From Eledone cirrhosa (taxonomy: Eukaryota): 64,000 nt of DNA. The notes below the pieces were generated by a model. That model did no database searches, was not told the DNA's origin, and saw only the letters and a program-made list of their open reading frames with translations. Where the stretch lies: contig OZ024746.1 in assembly GCA_964016885.1 (NCBI GenBank), positions 9,114,001 to 9,178,000 on the forward strand. The letters are read 5' to 3'. Both the position numbers and the translations under genes were made by a program. This document shows positions 14,082 to 28,261 of the stretch, piece after piece. The stretch's first letter is position 1, and every line of letters starts with the position of its first letter.

Positions 14082-16362
14082 CTTTCAATATAATATATTA
14101 AATCGGCAAATTAAATAATAAACCGTCTACTCACTTTACTTAAATACTCACTAGCATGCTTATTTGTTTATCATTCCAATTATGTAAAAAATTGTTTCTT
14201 TTAAATCTGAGATTTCCTACATTTATGCATATTAATAACTCGCATGTGATCTTTGCACTGTTAATCACCGTTTGATTTTCACCAGCGTTTATCTATAAAT
14301 AACGCTTTTCCTTATTTACTTTTCACTTCTCATCATTTTATCTAATATTATTTTATTTTCAATTTTGATAGACACCACAATATGGCTTCTTGTCTTCCAA
14401 AGTTTAAATCGTTTATTATCGGTGAGTTGTTAGAATGTCTGATAGAATACAACATTATTTTTACCCGCTCTCTGAGTTCAAATCCCATGGAGGCCAACGT
14501 TAGTTTATGTTTTTTTTTATGTTAATATATAAAGTATGAGTCCTTACCTGGGGTTCATTCGTCCTCCTTCTAACCCCCCGCTTTCTTTATCTCTTCCTCT
14601 GGATAAAATCGTCTATGTTCAGCCTGAAGAGGATGGGATCCAGTAGATGTAAGTGTTGAAGACCTGCTATATATCACTATCGTACGCCTACGACTCAACC
14701 AAGAGTTATGGACCCATTATATCAATCCTGCTAACTTTTACAAAATGCTTACTTGGAAATTATTGCTTAAGGTTTACGACACATGGCTAATGATATTGTT
14801 TTTCACGTCGTTTTATTCCGTGCAGAAACCAAGTTAACATAGTTTTTTTTTTTTTTATTAATATACAATATATATATAATTTAGCCTACAACGTTTATAG
14901 ATGCAAATATCTAATAGCTACCCTTTCCTGTGTTACGAACTTTGAGAGTTGCAACCCAGTTTAAATCCAGGGCTTTCTCATTCCTGTTAGAAGAAACCCC
15001 TTCCTGGTTGACCTCCACTGCTTTCTGTTTGTTTTTTAAGAGAATATTAGATTGGATCATTCCCTAAATATCTTCTGGAAACTAGTTAAGAGAGGAGGAT
15101 ATTGAATCATGGTTTATACAGAACAATTATGTAGCACTCTTGCCTAATATGATATCAACAATATCGACATAGGATATACTCATGTTAGAATTAGTGAACG
15201 GATGATTTTGTTCCCCTTTCATCTCTACACATCACATCTTTACTATTCTGAAGTAAACGGCATATCCATTAACTATTATAAGTGTACGAGTTACCCTTTA
15301 CATAGTACATATGTAAATATTTATTGTGCAGGTAAACCATTTACCTGGTATAGACAACTAAAATTATTGATATAAATTGTTATCGACACCCATAATAGTA
15401 ATTTGTTACTACATATTACAGGAAAGCTATTTGATTCCTGAGTCGAACAGATCTTGCGTGCCAAATGTGGTGATTTTAAAACAAGGACTAGAACTAAACT
15501 GAAAATGAAGCTGAGAGCGACGGCGAAAACGAAATTTTCAATGCATAGATACGTGAGAAAATGTCTCCATCTTTATACCTCAATAAATCCATGACTATAC
15601 CAGCAACCTATTACATGATGCATACGCTGATATTTCCGCTGTCGTCTTCCACTTGATAAGATATTATTCTTGAGTTATACTAATTGACACGTTCTTCTAA
15701 CTTCTTGTAACTTTCGGGTCTGAACTTCAACAATACCGTTTCCCTAAATATAACATTAATTTATTCAAAGCGTTGATTCCACGGAAATATGACTCCAGTT
15801 ACACATTTACACAAAATTATTCTATGGCTGTCGCTTTCGCGGATACAAATTTGAATTTCAATACTTCAGTAGTTTGATTTCAGTTTTATGTTTTTTTTTA
15901 ATTTGCTATTTTCAGTGTTAACACTCAATGTTTGTCAGTTAAACAACAAGACCATCATCATCATTCTCATCATCTTCCACCTCCTCTTCCTTCTCTCCCA
16001 CTCATAATCATCTTGACCACATATCATCGCCGCTCTCATCATCACCGCCATCCTCATGAAAATTATTGACTTCTTAGTTAACTCTCATCCAAAATTTCAT
16101 CGTTAACGCCATTAGCTGCAAAAACAACAAGTAAAATAACATTGGTATTTGTGATAATGGACGGATAATAAATTATGCTTTTTATTAGCTCTGTTACATC
16201 TGATCTTTTTTGTTTAAATACTATGACTGTTGCTATGACCAGCATCATAACAGTATTACCATGGCCATTAGAAGATAAGCTCATATTACTTTTCTGGATT
16301 TTCAGCAATTGTTATAACTCCAGAATACTAAAATTTCCAAAGAGTTCCCAAAGCGATTCTTA

Positions 16363-17418
16363 TACTAATACGATAGTATTACAGTATTACTATATCTATT
16401 GAAATAATCTAATACTATAGATATTTTCCTTGCACACATATATAATCCCAGCGTAATAATAGTCGATCACTATGATACTAATACGATAGTATTACTATAT
16501 CTATTGAAATAATCTAATACTATAGATATTTTCCTTGCACACATATATAATCCCAGCGTAATAATAGTCGATCACTATGATACTAATACGATAGTATTAC
16601 TATATCTATTGAAATAATCTAATACTATAGATATTTTCCTTGCACACATATATAATCCCAGCGTAATAATAGTCGATCACTATGATACTAATACGATAGT
16701 ATTACTATATCTATTGAAATAATCTAATACTATAGATATTTTCCTTGCACACATATATAATCCCAGCGTAATAATAGTCGATCACTATGATACTAATACG
16801 ATAGTATTACTATATCTATTGAAATAATCTAATACTATAGATATTTTCCTTGCACACATATATAATCCCAGCGTAATAATAGTCGATCACTATGATACTA
16901 ATACGATAGTATTACTATATCTATTGAAATAATCTAATACTATAGATATTTTCCTTGCACACATATATAATCCCAGCGTAATAATAGTCGATCACTATGA
17001 TACTAATACGATAGTATTACTATATCTATTGAAATAATCTAATACTATAGATATTTTCCTTGCACACATATATAATCCCAGCGTAATAATAGTCGATCAC
17101 TATGATACTAATACGATAGTATTACTATATCTATTGAAATAATCTAATACTGTAGATATTTTCCTTGCACACATATATAATCCCAGCGTAATAATAGTCG
17201 ATCACTATGATACTAATACGATAGTATTACTATATCTATTGAAATAATCTAATACTATAGATATTTTCCTTGCACACATATATAATCCCAGCGTAATAAT
17301 AGTCGATCACTATGATACTAATACGATAGTATTACTATATCTATTGAAATAATCTAATACTGTAGATATTTTCCATACACACATATATATAATCCCAGCG
17401 TAATAATAGTCGATCACA
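16363..17418. repeat. 105-bp tandem repeat, about 10 near-identical units
   Basis: Unit tactaatacgatagtattac...agtcgatcactatga starts at 16363 (with an 8-bp insert), 16476, 16581, 16686, 16791, 16896, 17001, 17106, 17211 and 17316. Confidence 0.97.
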
Positions 17419-17891
17419 ATGAATAATAATTCAAACATAGGGTGAAGAACCCCGGAGGGGGAAATGTGTATAGAGACACCTGGATAAATATCTAGGTGTT
17501 ATAGAATTTTTTGTAAACCGATAAACGATCACCTTAGAAATATCTTATAAAAGTAGTTCCATAAAATTTTTGAAATGGTGAAAACGCCTATCTATTGTTA
17601 CCTGAATTTGCCGGAGTTTTATAATAGTTTCCTGGGATATTCACACATTTCCATGTATCAGGTCTTTGTTGCTCGTCTTGTTTCAATTTTATGTGATGCT
17701 CTTCTTAGACAATATTTAATGTGAACTGAAATAGTCATCAAAACCTTTTCATGACTGAATGGGAATCCGGCTCCACCATGAATGTTAATAAAACATTTCT
17801 GTATATCTAAATGAACTTCATCCTGTTGGAGGTCAACAAATGAAGTAGCAATCAGGCACTGGGATCGAAATAAACCCACTTGTTTTTACTG

Positions 17892-17939
17892 CATCCGTTA
17901 AGGGTGAAAGCACCGATTCTTTGCTTAAACTTTAATCTG

Positions 17940-17946
<7 letters not shown>
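17892..17946 (+). mobile_element. Family H arm (hammerhead 3' half, no tail)
   Basis: atccgttaagggtGAAAgcaccgattctttgcttaaactttaatctgtta, abutting (TA)n; matches 32034, 44341 and 61755. Confidence 0.7.
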
Positions 17947-18014
<68 letters not shown>

Positions 18015-18028
18015 TATATATATATATT

Positions 18029-18198
18029 TGAATAAAGGAAAAGAATGACTTCACTTGTAGTTCTAAATAATTTGATTTAATTTTATAATATTATAATATT
18101 ATAAAATTAAATCAAATTATTTAGAAGTACAAGTGAAGTCATTCTTTTCCTTTTTTCAAATATACCTAACTGTACCAAGGATCTGACACATTTTCCAA
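18029..18198. mobile_element. Foldback element in (TA)n: about 60-bp arms plus about 38-bp tail
   Basis: tgaataaaggaaaagaatgacttcacttgta...ataatattat...tacaagtgaagtcattcttttcc, then a unique tail. No ribozyme core retained. Confidence 0.75.
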
Positions 18199-18215
18199 TA
18201 TATATATTTATACAC

Positions 18216-18652
<437 letters not shown>

Positions 18653-18989
18653 GAGAGAGAGAGAAAGAGAGAGGGAGAGAGTTAGTTCGGGAATAAACCA
18701 TACTCGACTGGAATTAAGTCTATACCAAACTCGTCCTCTAGACTGAGTGCTCTACCAACTTCGGATATAACCTCTCGGGTTTTTACCACTATCTCACTCT
18801 CTCTCTCCCTCTCTCTCTCTCTCACTCTCTCTATATATATATATATTGAGTTTATGTTGGTTGTATACCAACACCTCAGTATGCAGGCTGGAGCACTCGA
18901 CGAAGTGCGCAGGTTGGTTTGGTTACTCCGGAGTAGTGTAAAATAAAGTTAAATAAAAGTCAAATGATTAAAATTTAGCTTCGTTTATT

Positions 18990-19044
18990 ACTGCTATATA
19001 TATTTCAGTGACAGCCATCTTTGGCTGTGACCTCTTCAGGCAGT
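18990..19044 (-). ncRNA. Minimal type I hammerhead ribozyme (family C, left arm)
   Basis: Exact reverse complement of 19199-19253. Confidence 0.85.
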
Positions 19045-19198
19045 TTGAATTAGTATGGTATAGACAAGTACATATGTTGTTTAGGTGTATGATATCCCCA
19101 GTGAATTAACAACCCAGCAAGGAACTGGGCATATCAGAGTATTGACAATATCATACACCTAAACAACATATGTACTTGTCTATACCATACTAATTCAA

Positions 19199-19253
19199 AC
19201 TGCCTGAAGAGGTCACAGCCAAAGATGGCTGTCACTGAAATATATATAGCAGT
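19199..19253 (+). ncRNA. Minimal type I hammerhead ribozyme (family C)
   Basis: actgc-CTGAAGA-ggtcacagcc aaagat ggctgtcact-GAAA-tatata-TA-gcagt. Confidence 0.85.
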
Positions 19254-19363
19254 AATAAACGAAGCTAAATTTTAATCATTTGACTTTTATTTAACTTTAT
19301 TTTATATATATATATATATATATATATCAAAATGAAAATCCGAAGGCAAGATAACATTTCCAA

Positions 19364-19452
19364 TCATTTTAATCACGACACATGTTTCAATAAGAGATAG
19401 ATCGATCGTGAATCCATGATCAATTATCACTGAACTCATCAGGTGAAAATGA
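19364..19452 (-). ncRNA. Type I hammerhead ribozyme (family D, left arm)
   Basis: Minus strand tcattttcac-CTGATGA-long stem II-GAAA-catgtg-TC-gtgattaaaatga. Confidence 0.8.
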
Positions 19453-20311
19453 ATTGCCTTCAAATTCTTGATATGAGGGAGAAAATTAACAATGTTCACT
19501 CACAGAGTTTATTCCCTCATATGAAGATCAAGCAGTCAAAATGCGGCGACTGCTATCAACTTCAGTTAAGGTCATAAAACAATTAAATGTTTATATCCCA
19601 ATAGCTGCAAAAGACGCTATAGAAAGACAGTCGGTCACAGTTAATTTGAGTGGGTACACACACACTTAACACCCCCACACACCGACTCGATGTCAAAGAC
19701 ATCAACAAAGTATCAAATCTGTAGAACTATAGACGGTCATAATTAGAGTGAGTGGGTTCACACATACTCTCACACACACGGAAGCGATGTCAAAGAAAAA
19801 ACAATAAATATAAGAATATACCAACATAGCATTCACCGAAAAGTTAGTTTACAAAACAACAAAAGCTACATTGGTTAAATCTCAATTTTTACGATGCAAA
19901 TTGGAAATATTGGGTCAACCACAGCCCCATACACATACACACACACACAAGCAAGTAAATTCAGTTCAGTGTTCTGCCATACGTGTATAGATTGAACACT
20001 AATTGTGACCGTCTATAGTTCTACAGATTTGATACTGTGTTTATGTGTGTATATATTTATATATTTTTTCTTTGACTTCGAGTTGGTGTGTGTGGGTGTT
20101 AAGTGTGTGTGTACCCACTCACATTAACTGCGACCGACTGTATTTCTACAGATTTGATTGATGTCCAGCGTCTTTTGCAGCTATTGGGATATAGAAATTT
20201 GAAGTTGATAGCAGTCGCCGCATTTTGACTGCTTGATCTTCATATGAGGGAATAAACTCTGTGAGTGAACATTGCTAATTTTCTCCCTCATATCAAGAAT
20301 TTGAAGACAAT

Positions 20312-20400
20312 TCATTTTCACCTGATGAGATCAGTGATAATTGATCATGTCTTCACGATCGATCTATCGCTTATTGAAACATGTGTCGTGATTAAAATGA
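20312..20400 (+). ncRNA. Type I hammerhead ribozyme (family D)
   Basis: tcattttcac-CTGATGA-gatcagtgataattgatcatg tctt cacgatcgatctatcgcttatt-GAAA-catgtg-TC-gtg att aaaatga. GUC triplet, bulged stem I, acatgt palindrome. Confidence 0.85.
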
Positions 20401-20617
20401 TTGGAAATTTTACCTTGCCTTCGGATTTCCATTTTGATACTAATACTCCGTTTTACACCATCCAGCTGTTCCTTTGAATGGAAGTGGATATATACTAAAG
20501 CGTGGAGAACTTAATATTGCTAACAAAAAATTTATTGGACCGTTTTGCACAACCAATAGTACACCTTACTATATAACAACTATATATATATATATATGTA
20601 TATATATGTATATATAT

Positions 20618-20812
20618 AACGAAGGAAGTGTGGTAAGGAATCAGGTGGACCATAACGCACCAGAGTATTCGATACTTTAGGTAGTAGAGTGGGTAATAGG
20701 AAATTAGTCAGAACCCCGACGGCAGAGCTCAAGCCGTTTCGACAGCTATTTCTGGACTAGAAATAGCTGTAGAAACGGCTTGAGCTCTTCCGTCGTGGTT
20801 TTGACTCTTTTT
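20618..20812. mobile_element. Foldback element family A
   Basis: Tail plus diverged inverted arms with junction ttct-ggact-agaa; flanked by (TA)n. Confidence 0.8.
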
Positions 20813-22003
20813 ATATATATATATATACCTATATAAAACCTATTCGACAACCAACGTTGCTTTGTTCTAATGGCGTATAATTTTTATAAACAATATTCTG
20901 CTATTATTCCTTAGATATCTTTCCCGTTCCTTCCTTCTCTTCACCATTTCCCTTAAAGCTTCTTATTCTGTCGCATTTCCTACCACTATAACTATGTACC
21001 ACCTGTAGCAATGTGTAGCACATTTTCTTTCATTTTAACCCCCCCCCCCACTATCTCTATCTCTCTCTCTCTCTCCCCTCTTCCGAACTTATAATACAAT
21101 ACTATCGTATAATAGACTGCTTTTCCTCATTCCTCTTCATTTTCTCCCCACCTCCGGCCTCATCTTTCTCTCTCCTATCTCTCTGCCTATTTCTCATTAG
21201 GTTACTCTTCCTTGCCCTCTCTTTCTCCCCATACATTTGTTTCTACTCAAGATAAAATACATTCTAAACTACTATTCTCTCTTTCTCACCATTTATACAA
21301 TTTTCTCTTAATCTCACTTTTTTACTCTTTCTATATTCCTTCTTCTCCTTTAATCTCCTTCTCTCTCCCTTTCTTATTTTTCGTCTATGTAACATTTGAA
21401 ATCAATATAATCGAATACACGTCTCTCTGCACACTCCTTAATCACATGCTCTTTCCTCCTTCCCACTTTATGTCCTGTCCTTCAATCCCATTACTGCTCC
21501 TTCGTATGCTTTCAGATAATCTAACCTCCTTATCTTTTACAATATTCTTATTAGTATTTCGTTTTTGTTTTACTTTTGTTTTTGTTGTTACTTCTCATTT
21601 TGTATTTCTCATACCAGTTTATATACGTAATCGGCAGTAACCCATAAAAGCTGTCATTTTAGCACACCGATTTCTACAACGTATTCACTTTTGTTCCGCT
21701 CTACACAATGTTTTTTTACTTTATCTATATATGTCTGTTCCTCGCTTCTTCATTCTCACTCAACACCCATATTTTTTCCTTTTTTTTTCACACATAAGAA
21801 CCCTTTTTCAAAAGTATATTTCCTTTCACAACCTTCTCCTATTTTATCCTATGTTACGCCATAAATCATACCAAAAGTTGGTTAGGATTTCTGTTTTCTT
21901 TTTTCTTTATTATTGTAATTATACATTCTTTTTTGCGAGGCAAACTATTCTAATAACTGAAAATATATAAACTCTTTCCGCTCTCTCTTCCTCTCTCACT
22001 GTA

Positions 22004-22189
<186 letters not shown>

Positions 22190-22962
22190 GTGTGTGTGTG
22201 TGTGTGTGTGTGTATGCATATATATATTTATATTTACGTATATGTGTGTGGATGTTTGTGTCTGAGTGTGTATTTATACATATATATCTTTTTCTCTATC
22301 TTCTGTCCCTACCTCGAACACCAGTTGTGACATTGCTTTATTTAACATTGATAAAATATATTTCTACCTTTGTTTTTCTCGACGTTCACTGTATCTCTTT
22401 CTATATCTGTTTCTCTACAGCAGCTGCCTGTATTAGCTTTATCGTATTGTTGCATGTCTTTGATCCTCCCAGCTCTGTTAATCAGAATATTTATTTAAGA
22501 CACCCAATGACATTATCTCCCGAGAAGATCATTACAAGAAAAGAAGGAAACAAAAAAATATTATAATAACACAGTATCTGGGAATCTTATTCGTAATTAT
22601 TGATAACTCAATTGATTTTAAAGTGACGTTTTTATCGGAAACTGTATCACGAAGCGATATTAATGCTGTCTAATCAATATGGAAACAAGAGGCGTTACGT
22701 CGAAATTCGGATTCTTCTTGTATCTTCAACCAAGTTCTGCTCTTCTTTGATCTGCCTATTGTTCGTTTCTTTTCATGCAGGATTGAGATGGGTGGCAAAT
22801 AAACAACTAAATAAAATTGAAATAAAATAACATTATATTATTTTCAATCCTTGGAACATGAATTAAAAGTGTTTGCTGTGTTCAACATTACCTCATTTTA
22901 GTTGTAGTTTTGTTTTCAAAGCAGGGGATCAAAAGAGACAGCTTCATTGTCATTATTACATT

Positions 22963-23148
22963 GGTGGATTGGCAGTATCGGTAGGGGGTCGGACGCCATG
23001 CTTTCCAGCATAGTTACGTCCCTTTACGATATGAGTTCAAATCCCGCCGAGGTTGACTTTGCCTTTCATCCTTACGGCGTCGATAAAATAAAGTACCAGT
23101 AATGCACTGGATAATTGCTGGCCTTGTGCCTAAAGTAGAAACAATTAT
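22963..23148 (+). mobile_element. SINE family 1, full length
   Basis: A-box-like tggcagtatcggtag, B-box gagttcaaatcc, central domain; TSD attattacatt on both sides. Confidence 0.9.
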
Positions 23149-25039
23149 TACATTAAACGTGACACCGGATAGTAATTCTTTCGATATGATCTTCCTTAGT
23201 CACTTCAATCTTTTTTTTATTCTACACACCAATATGTGGATGAAACGAACCAATTTCTGACTAAATAAAAATAGTAACCATATGTCTCTCAAACCACAGA
23301 AGCCATCTCATATCGTCTTAAAAACTGATAGGACGGATTGGATAATATTATCCTAAATTTCTCTACAGGAACAGGTATGGTAATTATTGCAGCGACTCAA
23401 TTTCATTTGGTTGGAAGGAGGTAAAAAAAGAACCCCCACATAAGTATGATACCCTAAATAATACCAAGTAAATTATTATTGTCTATAAATAGAGCAATGA
23501 ATATTATTTGAAAGATAACAGTGTGGGAATAAAAGTGATACGATGTTTAGTTTTGCCCTCTTCTATTTGAGTGGACTTAATATTTCAGTAATTCAAGATC
23601 AAGCATGTTGTCCGACGCTCTACCAATCCACTGCCCTCAGTTGTGTAACGAATAATAAAACTGAAGTGAAACAGGCACGTGTTGTTTTATTAGCAGCATG
23701 ATCCTCCTAAAGTATAACAACATATGTTTCAACACACGCATCGTAAATCTTACAAAACAAATACAAACGAGAATTTTTTTTTTTTTATTATCTGATGAAA
23801 ACTGACATGTTTGTTATGTGTCACCAGTGACTTAGTGTTACAAGTTAGATTATTTCACGTTTCAAGTTTGGTCATATATCACAAGTTGCTACACGTAACA
23901 TATTGTTCTTTGTTAGTTATTGTTACATATTATCAGTTGTTAAACATTACCTTTTGTACACCTTATATGTTTCTCCTTCATATGTTCTCTTACCAGATGC
24001 CTTTCTTGTTAGCTAAATACCAATTAGTTACTTCGTACAAATCAGTTTTTGCGCTCATTCTCTTTTGCACTCAGATCGTTTCAAGTTTATTACGATGCTC
24101 AATGTTCCGAGAATTGTTGCTATTCTTTACTTGCTTTTTGTCGTTTTCAAACAATTTTACCTCAGTAGCTGCTTTTTCGTCAACTGATTCTTTAAACAGA
24201 AGATATACAAAATCTACATAAAACAAATAAGATTTCATTAACTCAGCTGAAATATTTTTGCCAATTCAATTTCAATTGCCTTTGTGATTTTGTTCACATT
24301 TAATCCAAGAAGTTTCAGCTGATCGGTATCTGCTGTGTTTACATTATCTCTTTTGTATTATTAGTCAGATAGAACTCACATTTAAGTTACGTTAACCCGA
24401 AAACTTGAATAATTAAATGCCACTTATAGTTTTGATGTATCTTTCAACACATTAGTGACAGTGAGATTCAGAAATATTTTACTAAATTATATAAGTCAAA
24501 AACTCTTTATGCATACCTGTCGTTTACAAAAATAGATTCACAATTTCTTTAGCATTTATTCACAAAAATGTGTTTGGCAATGGTTTTTATGACTATTAGT
24601 ACGGAATGGGAATTATTTATCAGTTGATAGTTCTATAGAATTCGAAAAATGATGTCAACTAAGAAGCAAAACTCTACTTGTCTGTGTAATTGTTGACTCC
24701 CACACTTGTAAGGCTTTTGACAATTAATTCTATAAAACATTTTGGTATTTTAACAAGGCTCAATTCCATATATGCCACTAACGGTTAAAATTGATGCGGC
24801 GTTTATACATTATCCAAAGGCAGTAATGGCTTAAGGTAGATAAGGAGATTTCAACCGGAAATTAAAACCACGTTACAGTGTGACACTAATATAATAAACT
24901 ATTGCTTTTTTTCCCATTGCAGCTACTATCGATAGATATCGAACCTTTCGTTTAATTCACAACTATCCACCCATGTATACAAAAAAAAAAAAAAAAATTA
25001 CATTGCGTTACAATACAACAAAAGCGCTTGTTTAGCAAA

Positions 25040-25160
25040 CTGTCAGGTCACAACGCCCATATAGCATACAAAAACGACTCTTCCAGAACCTGCAATGCAC
25101 CAAATGGTGTACCACAAGGGTCTGTCCTCTGATTAATTCTTTCCTCTCTATACATGCAGG
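25040..25160 (+). pseudogene. Non-LTR retrotransposon reverse transcriptase fragment
   Basis: Translates LSGHNAHIAYKNDSSRTCNAPNGVPQGSVL*LILSSLYM, matching the RT motif GVPQGSVLGPxLFxLY with an in-frame stop. Confidence 0.7.
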
Positions 25161-25656
25161 AGCCTCATACATTTCCACGAATAAATTAAATTTTAGTTGA
25201 GTAATGCTCTTTTTTTTTTATAAAAAATGTAGTATTAACCTTCACACACATACCTTAAATTTGTTTGTAGTGAAAATATCAATAGAACAAACAACCAGGA
25301 AACCTGACAAAACAGTTTTCCCCTCCCTTTGTGTGCTCTGAATCGTGTAAGTTCTTTACCGCCTTAACATCATATCGGTCTTTCTTCATAATTAAGAGCC
25401 AGATAGGTACGAAAAGGAGTTTAAACAGATTTGGGAGATCGGAACAGCGAACAGCAGGTTGTTGTCGGTTGTTCAAGCAAGTAAATAAGTGAAACTAGTT
25501 ACCTTTATGCTAGAGCTAACTAAAATAAGTGCACTAGTTTACAATTATTGCAGATATTTTACGCTAATCATAGCATTTGTTGTTAAGGAAGGGCGGGATG
25601 TTAAGGATGCAATTAATATCGTAAGACGTATTTAGGGAAAGTGTATTCTGTTCTTT

Positions 25657-25916
25657 ACTACCACTACTACTACTACTACCACTACTACTACTACTACTAC
25701 TACAACTACTACTACTACCACCACCACCACCACCACTACCACCACCACAACTACTACTACTACTACTACCACCACCACCACCACCATCACCACCACCACC
25801 GCCACTAATACTACCACCAACACCACCACTACTACTGCTAATACTACTACTTCTACTTCTACTATTTCTACTACTACTACCACCACCACCACCACCACTA
25901 CCACCACTACTACTGT

Positions 25917-25954
<38 letters not shown>
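25657..25954. repeat. (CTA/CCA)n microsatellite followed by inverted (TAG)n
   Basis: Directly visible; source of the poly-Val ORF. Confidence 0.95.
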
Positions 25955-26521
25955 CATGAGAGCAGTAAAAATAAAATATACATCTGACTTCCAGCCAACG
26001 AAGGAATCTGTTTATATAGGATCATTCAGACCACTAGAAATAGCAACCAAATCTCCCTCAAAATATAAGCCTATCGTTTTAACATTGATCGTTCAAATGT
26101 AGTACACTTTAGAATAAATATATTCACCTGAGGCGTTGCTGAGTAGCCTAAATGTTTGAATGCGGATTATTAAAGGGTCGAATTGAAACTTTAGATTTGA
26201 TTCCAAAGTCACATATCCTTCCTTCGGTCCGTAACTCATAGTAGGGTTAGGGGTGGTGTAGTGAGATACGGTATTTTGTTTTAACCTGGCGGAGCTCATA
26301 CTCTCTCCAGACCTGAATACGGCCAACAAATTTTTCTAGAGTAAGGAAAAGAGAGTGATAGAGATGGAGTGAGAGATGAGATATAGAGGAAAAATCGAAA
26401 CCCAGTACTGGACTCGGACATTTTTATTGGCGTCGGGAGGATTACAGGCAAAGTTATCCTTGGTGGGATTTGAACTCAGAGCGCAAAAAACTAGAACGAA
26501 TACTGAAAAGCATTCTATCGG

Positions 26522-26805
26522 TCACCCTCCGACAGGTTCGTGGTCCTGCCTTTCGCAGTGGAGACTTCTGGTGCCCTTGGCCCTAGGGCTACCTCCCTAC
26601 TCACCACCATAGGCGCTGAGCTGGCTAGCCACAGGTGTGAGCCTCGCGAGTTGGAATGGCTCTTCCAGCGGATCTCCCTTACCATCCTCCGGGGAAACGC
26701 CTTCTCCGTCCTGTCCGCCGGGGCTGTGGGGAGGTAAACACGGGGGACCCCAGTTGCTCACCATACGGATTAATAGGCAAAGTTTTAAACTATTGTAAAT
26801 AAATG
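26522..26805 (+). pseudogene. CRE-like non-LTR retrotransposon 3' end (restriction-like endonuclease C-terminus)
   Basis: FVVLPFAVETSGALGP...EPRELEWLFQRISLTILRGNAFSV matches the CRE-clade motif PxAVETxGxxG...FQRxSxxxxRGNA. GC-rich island with an AATAAA near its end. Confidence 0.8.
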
Positions 26806-27864
26806 TCAAAAGACTAAAATTAAAAATAATAAACGTTACAAGCAGCAGATGTTAAAAGTGAAACCATAGGTGTATTTAGTTTATGGATCAAAATAAAGTT
26901 TTCGCTGTCAGTTGTATCATATCTGACTTGATCAGTTAAGGTTAGCAAGAGTGGCAACAGCAGTCGTGTGAATATCACGTGATTGCTCTAGCAGTGTCAA
27001 TACTATTATATTTAAAAGTGTTGATAATTTCAACACAAACATTCAACAGCACAAACAACAGCGATAACTCTATAAAGGAAGATATTTTACGTCAATATCA
27101 ATACGGATATTCCCATAATAAAAAAATCAAGCAATATAAAATTTAAACTTTCTCATTAATCTCTAATAAATATCCTAAAAGGGTGTGGTAGTTTAGTTGT
27201 TAAGTTCATTTTAACCACAAAATCGATTGGGCAGGGATAGCCAACCCGGATATAATTTTAATTTGAAGAGACACCAATACTTTGAATACAGATATGACTG
27301 ACTGATAAAGGCGTTCGCTTCACAACCACGTAGTTTCAGGCGTTTTCTCCTAGAGCCTCGGATTGACTATTGCCCTGTGAATGAGAATTTATATCAGTAA
27401 CTGATAGTTACTTATTAATAAGTAATAAAAAAAATTCGATTGACACAACTCATATAATTGTTGACGGTCTATCTAGATTTGCTAGAGTACTATGACAACG
27501 AGGGCAATGACTAAATGCACATGTGCTATGCCAGTATGTATTAATCGTGCCGTGAAATTAAACCCACGAAAGCATTCTCGCTTAAGATAAAGATTGAATA
27601 TTTTGAAATTGATTCATGAAAGTAGCTATTAAATTTGAATAAGAATTGCAACCATGTGATCCAGAACTAGATTTCCCTAATGTTTACCGATTTGTCGGTG
27701 AGAGCAACAACCAAATACGGTGATATGTTCGTTGAAAACGAGTAAACAATTCATATAGAAAGTACGTTTAGGGAACAAATCGGGTTAAATTTGAAATTTA
27801 TTTATTTATATTTTATTTATGTTCAATTCGAGATTAACATTAATTCAATGTGCGTGTATTCATA

Positions 27865-27899
<35 letters not shown>

Positions 27900-27904
<5 letters not shown>

Positions 27905-28261
27905 TAAAAGGAATTCCAACTTTGTCTGATTTACTCGTTTTATTTACAATCCTTTAAAATTTATAATGGTATTAGAATGAAATAGTAGGGTAGAATATTA
28001 AATGTTAAGTGTTAATTGAACAAGTACTTTCATGCTTTTCAAATTTTCAAACTTGACTGTCACCACACATTATGAACCTGAAGATTGCGAAAGCATGAAA
28101 GTACTTGTTCAATTAACACTTAACATTTAATATTCTACCATACTATTTCATTCTAATACCATTATAAATTTTAAAGGATTGTAAATAAAACGAGTAAATC
28201 AGACAAAGTTGGAATTCCTTTTATTAATATAATCTTCTATACACAATCATACACACCCGTG
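27900..28261. mobile_element. Foldback element family E
   Basis: About 138-bp inverted arms (27900-28038 vs 28090-28227) plus an approximately 33-bp tail; follows (TA)n. Confidence 0.85.
28073..28111 (+). ncRNA. Minimal type I hammerhead ribozyme (family E), 39 nt
   Basis: tgaac-CTGAAGA-t tgc gaaa gca t-GAAA-gtac-TT-gttca; palindromic stem III AGUACU. Confidence 0.8.

Larger units (their letters stand above)
18847..19303. mobile_element. Foldback element family C
   Basis: About 90-bp tail followed by an approximately 155-bp perfect inverted repeat (about 18939-19094 vs 19149-19303); flanked by (TA)n. Confidence 0.85.
19326..20580. mobile_element. Foldback element family D, about 1.25 kb
   Basis: Diverged inverted arms (about 19326-19800 vs 19995-20438) plus an approximately 140-bp tail; flanked by (TA)n; lies between family C and family A copies. 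Confidence 0.85.

Noticed and set aside
14900-15170. Possible RTE RT C-terminal remnant on the minus strand
   Set aside because: Similarity too weak to support without an alignment.
16363-17418. CRISPR-like array or tandem hammerhead satellite
   Set aside because: No unique spacers; the unit has GAAA but no CUGANGA core.
17420-17890. Possible PLE coding remnant next to the family H arm
   Set aside because: Position is suggestive, but no convincing GIY-YIG or RT motif could be read.
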